Shown one piece after another: positions 59,607-64,000 of a DNA stretch of 64,000 bases. The translations under genes and the position numbers were made by a program. The notes under the pieces are model-generated. The model saw nothing but the letters and a program-made list of their open reading frames with translations. It had not been told where the DNA came from and did not search any database. Numbering within the stretch: the first letter of the stretch is position 1; every line of letters begins with the position of its first letter. The DNA lies in the NCBI GenBank assembly GCA_000002435.2, contig CM018791.1; one strand, given 5' to 3'. Source of the DNA: Giardia intestinalis (taxonomy: Eukaryota).

Positions 59607-60200
59607 ATCCACTTGAAATACATTGAGTAATGAACTTTAAGTGCCAATCACTCAGTTTATCACCTCTATTACAGAATGTAAAGAGACAGACCTAGAGATT
59701 GCAAGGGTTTGACAGGAGGATGCTCATTTTACTGGGGGTTCCCTCGGGATTGCTGCACCATCGTTCGCTATTTGCTTGGGGTGCCTGTAACATGTGGAAC
59801 GTGGTTTAAGATTAGCGGTTACGCATGGGAACAACTTGGAAGCCTTTAGTGAGTGCTACATCCTAATCAATCGGGTTGCGCCCACGCACAATCTTACACA
59901 CAATTATTCAGTCATGGCATAAGCTGGCGCGTACACTTCCTGACCTTGCACTGTCATGAGCAGGCGCCCTTCTTCGATAACATCCAGGTATAGTAGTGAC
60001 GGATTGTGTGGGTAAATCACACTCATCGAAACAGAGTAGTCGAGAGCCCATACTGTGGAGAAAATGTCGCGTTGTAATCTGGAGCATTCCTGTATAAGCA
60101 CCCATATCCCATGCCTGAGTGGTCTACCGCACCGCAGGACTGACGAACGATAGATTTTGCTGTGAAGAGACCAGCATGACATTTACAGAAGCGGCACAGT

Positions 60201-61076
60201 CTACTTTGCAAAGTACGGATGCTTGAGGCAGTCTCTTGCCGAAGGGCGTTTGGAAGGGTCAAGAGCCATCATCTTTGAAAAGAGGTCTCTGCCGGCCTCG
60301 TCAAGAGTCGGCAGAAGCTCGGCAACGTTTATGCCTGGGTAGACAGGGAAGTCCTTTTGCCATTGGGGAAGCGTATCGACATCCGGCCAGCTCTGTTTGT
60401 CTGGAGTTCCAAGGGTCTTGAAGATCTTAATAAGTTCATCCTTTTCTGTCTTGGCTGGGAACAGCGGCTTCCCAGTGACGCACTCATAGAAGATGCACCC
60501 ACAAGACCATATATCGAGAGCTCCACCGTACTTGCGGCAGCCCAGAAGAACCGATGGGCAACGGTACCAAAGCGTGACCACCTCATGAGTATATGATCGA
60601 ACGGGGATTCCAGATCCACGCGCCAGGCCAAAGTCTGCGAGCTTAAGGAGCCCAGAGCTGGTAACTAGCAGATTCTGTGGCTTTAGATCACGGTGCAAGA
60701 CGCGCTTGTTGTGTATATACGTGAGCCCAGTCATCAGCTGCCCCATAAAGCTCTTGACCTCCTTAGGTGTTAGCTTTCCTTGCTTGGAGTCGATGTACTT
60801 CTTCAGGTCCATGTCGAGGTACTCAAATACAAGCGTGAGTTTCGCTTCTGTGTGAATGACGGAGAGAAGGTCTACAACGTTCTTGTGCTTCATCTCTTTG
60901 AGTATAGCGATCTCACGGATTGCAGTGGCCGGGATACCCTCGTCCGCATTCTCGAGCCTAATCCTCTTGAGGGCGACAATCTGACCTGTCTCTTTGTCCT
61001 TTGCCTTGAAGACGACGCCGTAGGTTCCTTCTCCTAGGCCCTGTATTCTTTCATATCTGTTCAAGGGGTCAGTCAT
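60201..61076 (-). CDS. CDK1: cyclin-dependent kinase (PSTAIRE-class, variant PATAIRE)
   Basis: ATG at 61076 after GAATTCTAAAATCTGCTAGCC. GEGTYGVVFKAKD glycine loop, PATAIREIAILKE, HRDLKPQNLL, DFGLAR. 291 aa. Confidence 0.9.
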   Translation of the reverse strand: MTDPLNRYERIQGLGEGTYGVVFKAKDKETGQIVALKRIRLENADEGIPATAIREIAILKEMKHKNVVDLLSVIHTEAKLTLVFEYLDMDLKKYIDSKQGKLTPKEVKSFMGQLMTGLTYIHNKRVLHRDLKPQNLLVTSSGLLKLADFGLARGSGIPVRSYTHEVVTLWYRCPSVLLGCRKYGGALDIWSCGCIFYECVTGKPLFPAKTEKDELIKIFKTLGTPDKQSWPDVDTLPQWQKDFPVYPGINVAELLPTLDEAGRDLFSKMMALDPSKRPSARDCLKHPYFAK

Positions 61077-61291
61077 GGCTAGCAGATTTTAGAATTCAGG
61101 CAGGGAATTTAAATCTTTTGAAAAGCTCATCAAGGTTCGCAGCCGAGCATGCAACTGATGTGATGACCGATTGCTCTAGCTGCTGGTTGGCTACACATAT
61201 GGTTGTGGCAGAAAGGATCTATTACTACCTTTGCCGTTTAAAATCTAGTTTAAATCTGACCACCCAGCGTTCGTCATCATAACTCTGGGGT
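61077..61291. promoter_or_regulatory. 215-bp divergent promoter region
   Basis: Between the CDK ATG (61076, -) and the ATG at 61292 (+). A/T-rich tracts (aatttaaatcttttgaaaa; gtttaaaatctagtttaaatc). Confidence 0.4.
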
Positions 61292-62056
61292 ATGAAGACA
61301 GCAGACTCTTCGCCAGAGCGCTCACGCCACTCAGTCCGGGCTGTTATCTCTAACGTACGCTCTTACAACGACGAGGCAGACATGCTCTCCTTGAAGCACA
61401 CTGCAAAAGGGTCATTTCCATCACTGGCCCTAGAATACAAAGCCTATAGGCTGGGGCCAGAGTACATCATGGCAAGACGAATGAAGGAGTATCTTTACCA
61501 CCCTGGAAGGACCGCAGACGTTGATGGAGTCATTCCAGAGTACCTAAACCACGAGTTTGAACAGCTTTACACCACCATGAAGCGCCCTTCTCCAATGAGA
61601 GGCCCTTCAGAAGGGCTCATGCCACAGAAGCGAATGATTGATGCTGCCAGGGTAATATTTGATCGGGAACGGGCACGGCGGCCAGTTAGTGTTTGCGCCC
61701 GGAGCTGCAGGGGAGCTCTCGCAGATGAGCATTATCAGCACTCCTTTCCAGAAGGCTCATACCATAGATCGGCTTCACTGCACTCGTCTCCACTAAGGAG
61801 CCCAAACAGGCAGGGCAAGACCACGCTTCCCTCATATCCTGACTCTATTCCCTTCCTTTCTCAATCATACAATGACCCTGTTCGTGATAACTTTCTCTCC
61901 CTGTTGAAGGATATCAAGCCGAATCACCAGGATCATCAAGGTGCAGAGTGTTTTAGGATAACTGCTGACCGCGCACTTCCCTGCCCGACTACTAATGCTG
62001 CGGTGGCCTCCCTCGTCTACTTGTCCAGGCACTTCTGTCATCTGAATACATCATAA
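61292..62056 (+). CDS. hypothetical protein (254 aa)
   Basis: ATG at 61292. No recognisable motif. Stop lies 21 bp before the next gene's ATG. Confidence 0.5.
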   Translation: MKTADSSPERSRHSVRAVISNVRSYNDEADMLSLKHTAKGSFPSLALEYKAYRLGPEYIMARRMKEYLYHPGRTADVDGVIPEYLNHEFEQLYTTMKRPSPMRGPSEGLMPQKRMIDAARVIFDRERARRPVSVCARSCRGALADEHYQHSFPEGSYHRSASLHSSPLRSPNRQGKTTLPSYPDSIPFLSQSYNDPVRDNFLSLLKDIKPNHQDHQGAECFRITADRALPCPTTNAAVASLVYLSRHFCHLNTS

Positions 62057-62077
62057 AAAACCGACCTCAGAATACAG

Positions 62078-63871
62078 ATGCTTCCTGAGGCCCTTGACAG
62101 TCCTGTAAATCCCTTCTCCTTAACCGGAGCACGCTGCAGACTTAGGTCTCCATCTGCCCGAAAGAGCCCACTACGGGCAGATATGCACAGAACGGACACC
62201 ACCCACTTCAATGAACACTCCATGGGGCTCACGTTCAGACACGCCAAGGGAAGCGCAACAATAGACCCCGATGAGTTCTTTGCAGAGATAGGCGTCACTG
62301 AACCAAAATTCACCGAAACCGGTCGGAAGTTGATGATGCTGCCCAAGCCCACCCCCGTCTCATCTGTTTTACGTCCAAAAAGGCCTGGGTCCACGGGTTC
62401 TGCTAGCTCTATCCCATCAACCCCAACAAAGAATAAGGCCAGATGTATTAGCGAACAGGCCCAAAGGAGAAGCACGGACTCTCTAAAGGTAACACGGGCT
62501 ATGCAGAATGTCTTCCTCACCGAACCTGTGCTAGAAGAGCTTCTACCAGAACAACAGAAATCGATTGACAAAAGGGCTAAGCAGGAAGGGCCCGCCTCAA
62601 CGAGTGGCAGCAAGCTGATCACAAACCTCATCAAGAACTCCGCAGAAAAGCTTGAGAACCTTACGAACAAAATTACAGAATACAGGCCAGCAACGCCGGC
62701 GAAGCAAGAGACGCCAAAATCCCCCACTCGATTACAGGTATCGGCATACAAGAATACCCTACGGGAAGATGTGAGACAGCGCTTTTCCACTGCACAAGCC
62801 CTTAAGCAAATGGCACAGATACGCGCTGACGAGGGCAAGATACGTGAGAGAGACCGTGCACAGTTTGAAGCAGCTCTCTTCAACGAGAGGAGCGAGAAAG
62901 CTGCCCATGAGCGTGACATTAGCGTTCTTCAGGCGAAGCTAGAGGCAGCAACCCACGAAATAGAGTCCTTGCGGACGGCCCTATCTTTGCTCACCCGTAA
63001 GCACGAGGTAGAGCATAAGCGACTACTGACGTTAGAGCTAGAGGCCCAGAAGCATAGAGATGCCCAGCCACTACTTAAGTTGCTAGATGAGCAATTCTCC
63101 CATATGCCGCCAGAGGAGGTACTCAGGAAGATTGAAGTACTCGAGTCTGCAAACCTGCAAACGTTCAACAAAGTCCAGGATACTACAGAAGCACTTAAGA
63201 CTACAGAGAATCTGCTCATTCAGGAGCGTCTAGAGCATGGGAGCAAGCTGCAGAAGCTTGGAGAGACGGTTTCCTTGCCCATTCACACCCTTGAGAAACG
63301 CGTCAGTGACCTCACAGTAGAGAACGAAAAACTGAACGATGACTTGAGAATCGTGCTAGACTCGCAGGAGCGCTATCTGGCGCTCAGCTTTGCCGTGGCT
63401 GAGCTGTGGAGCCAGTGGATAGACCCTAAAACCCACAATGGCGGGGTAGCCAAGCTGGCGGGTCGTAAGGGAGAAGGCCTGGACCCTGATCTATCAAAGC
63501 CCATGGAGGTCTTGAGGTGTATAGGGAATCTTCTCAGCATATGTTTTCCCCAAGTAGAGGCGAGTAGCACGGCCTTCAGAAGGATAGCTACTCTGGCTAA
63601 CCGCGCATGGTCCAGAATCTTATCGGCAGACGATACTGATTGTCTTTTGAAGTACAACATCTATGCAATCCTGGAGGAATGCTGCAACCGCGCAGAGAAC
63701 GGTCATAAGACAGAGCTCTACCTGAAGGAGATTATCAAGCGCCTAGAGCTGGAGAACAAGCGAGTATCAGGGGAGCTAGCCAGGGCAGAGCAGAGATGCA
63801 AGCAGCTGGGAAACTTGACCCGGAGCACCACAAGCTCGCGCATATCCAGGCCGAGCTCCGGGTACAGATAA
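62078..63871 (+). CDS. coiled-coil protein (597 aa)
   Basis: ATG at 62078 after CATAAAAAACCGACCTCAGAATACAG. S/T/P-rich N-terminus, then extended heptad coiled coil (LEAATHEIESLRTALSLLTRKHEVEHKRLLTLELEAQKHRD…). Confidence 0.6.
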   Translation: MLPEALDSPVNPFSLTGARCRLRSPSARKSPLRADMHRTDTTHFNEHSMGLTFRHAKGSATIDPDEFFAEIGVTEPKFTETGRKLMMLPKPTPVSSVLRPKRPGSTGSASSIPSTPTKNKARCISEQAQRRSTDSLKVTRAMQNVFLTEPVLEELLPEQQKSIDKRAKQEGPASTSGSKLITNLIKNSAEKLENLTNKITEYRPATPAKQETPKSPTRLQVSAYKNTLREDVRQRFSTAQALKQMAQIRADEGKIRERDRAQFEAALFNERSEKAAHERDISVLQAKLEAATHEIESLRTALSLLTRKHEVEHKRLLTLELEAQKHRDAQPLLKLLDEQFSHMPPEEVLRKIEVLESANLQTFNKVQDTTEALKTTENLLIQERLEHGSKLQKLGETVSLPIHTLEKRVSDLTVENEKLNDDLRIVLDSQERYLALSFAVAELWSQWIDPKTHNGGVAKLAGRKGEGLDPDLSKPMEVLRCIGNLLSICFPQVEASSTAFRRIATLANRAWSRILSADDTDCLLKYNIYAILEECCNRAENGHKTELYLKEIIKRLELENKRVSGELARAEQRCKQLGNLTRSTTSSRISRPSSGYR

Positions 63872-64000
63872 GGGTGTTGAGTGAAGGATGCTCTGTCAAA
63901 TCGTCTAATCAAGGTATTGACCTCAGACAGGGATAACAAGCCATCATTGCATTTTTTACGTTTCACTTCGATTTATTCACTTACTTGTGGTGGAATGCCT

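Noticed and set aside
62038-62919. Long antisense ORFs inside coiled-coil genes (62038..62919; 54571..55092 and others inside IFT81; 56442..56987 inside the sugar transporter)
   Set aside because: Typical open antisense frames caused by codon bias (GAG/AAG/CTC-rich coiled-coil genes). No motifs and no initiator contexts.
1-64000. Prokaryotic-style features (Shine-Dalgarno sites, operons, CRISPR arrays, defence islands)
   Set aside because: Gene structure (A/T-rich initiator-ATG, eukaryotic protein families, ankyrin/NEK/CDK/IFT81/S8e) indicates a eukaryotic nuclear locus. No direct-repeat/spacer arrays were seen.

Overview
The window is a gene-dense, apparently intronless eukaryotic (protist) segment with long ORFs on both strands at about one gene per 1.5-2 kb. 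Intergenic spacers are short, and starts typically sit directly after an A/T-rich initiator (…AAAATG). AGTRAAY-like elements follow some stops. The gene content points to a diplomonad/Giardia-like nucleus, though this is an inference and not a database hit. It includes an [FeFe]-hydrogenase with H-cluster motifs, six ankyrin-repeat ('21.1-like') genes, NEK-like (pseudo)kinase-ankyrin fusions, IFT81, a PSTAIRE-type CDK, ribosomal protein S8e, a membrane-anchored cathepsin and two MFS transporters plus a sugar-porter. I call about 36 protein-coding genes. The ORF track uses GTG/TTG starts, so many track starts were moved to the first in-frame ATG behind an A/T-rich initiator. Several short divergent promoters are evident. 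The most unusual part is a GC-elevated block at about 25.3-32.7 kb. It contains roughly 3 kb of ORF-poor, GC-rich sequence of unknown nature, possibly a decayed mobile element or gene. Next to it a NEK-like kinase-ankyrin gene is broken by two frameshifts, one tied to a 62-nt insertion flanked by a 7-bp direct repeat. The block also holds a small Myb/SANT-like gene and unusually long spacers. Other points of interest are a hidden 72-aa 2x[4Fe-4S] ferredoxin gene overlapping the 3' end of a HAD-hydrolase gene, a eukaryotic-type glutathione synthetase, and an 800-bp ORF-free spacer that may carry an ncRNA. No rRNA, convincing tRNA, CRISPR or prokaryotic operon structure was seen.
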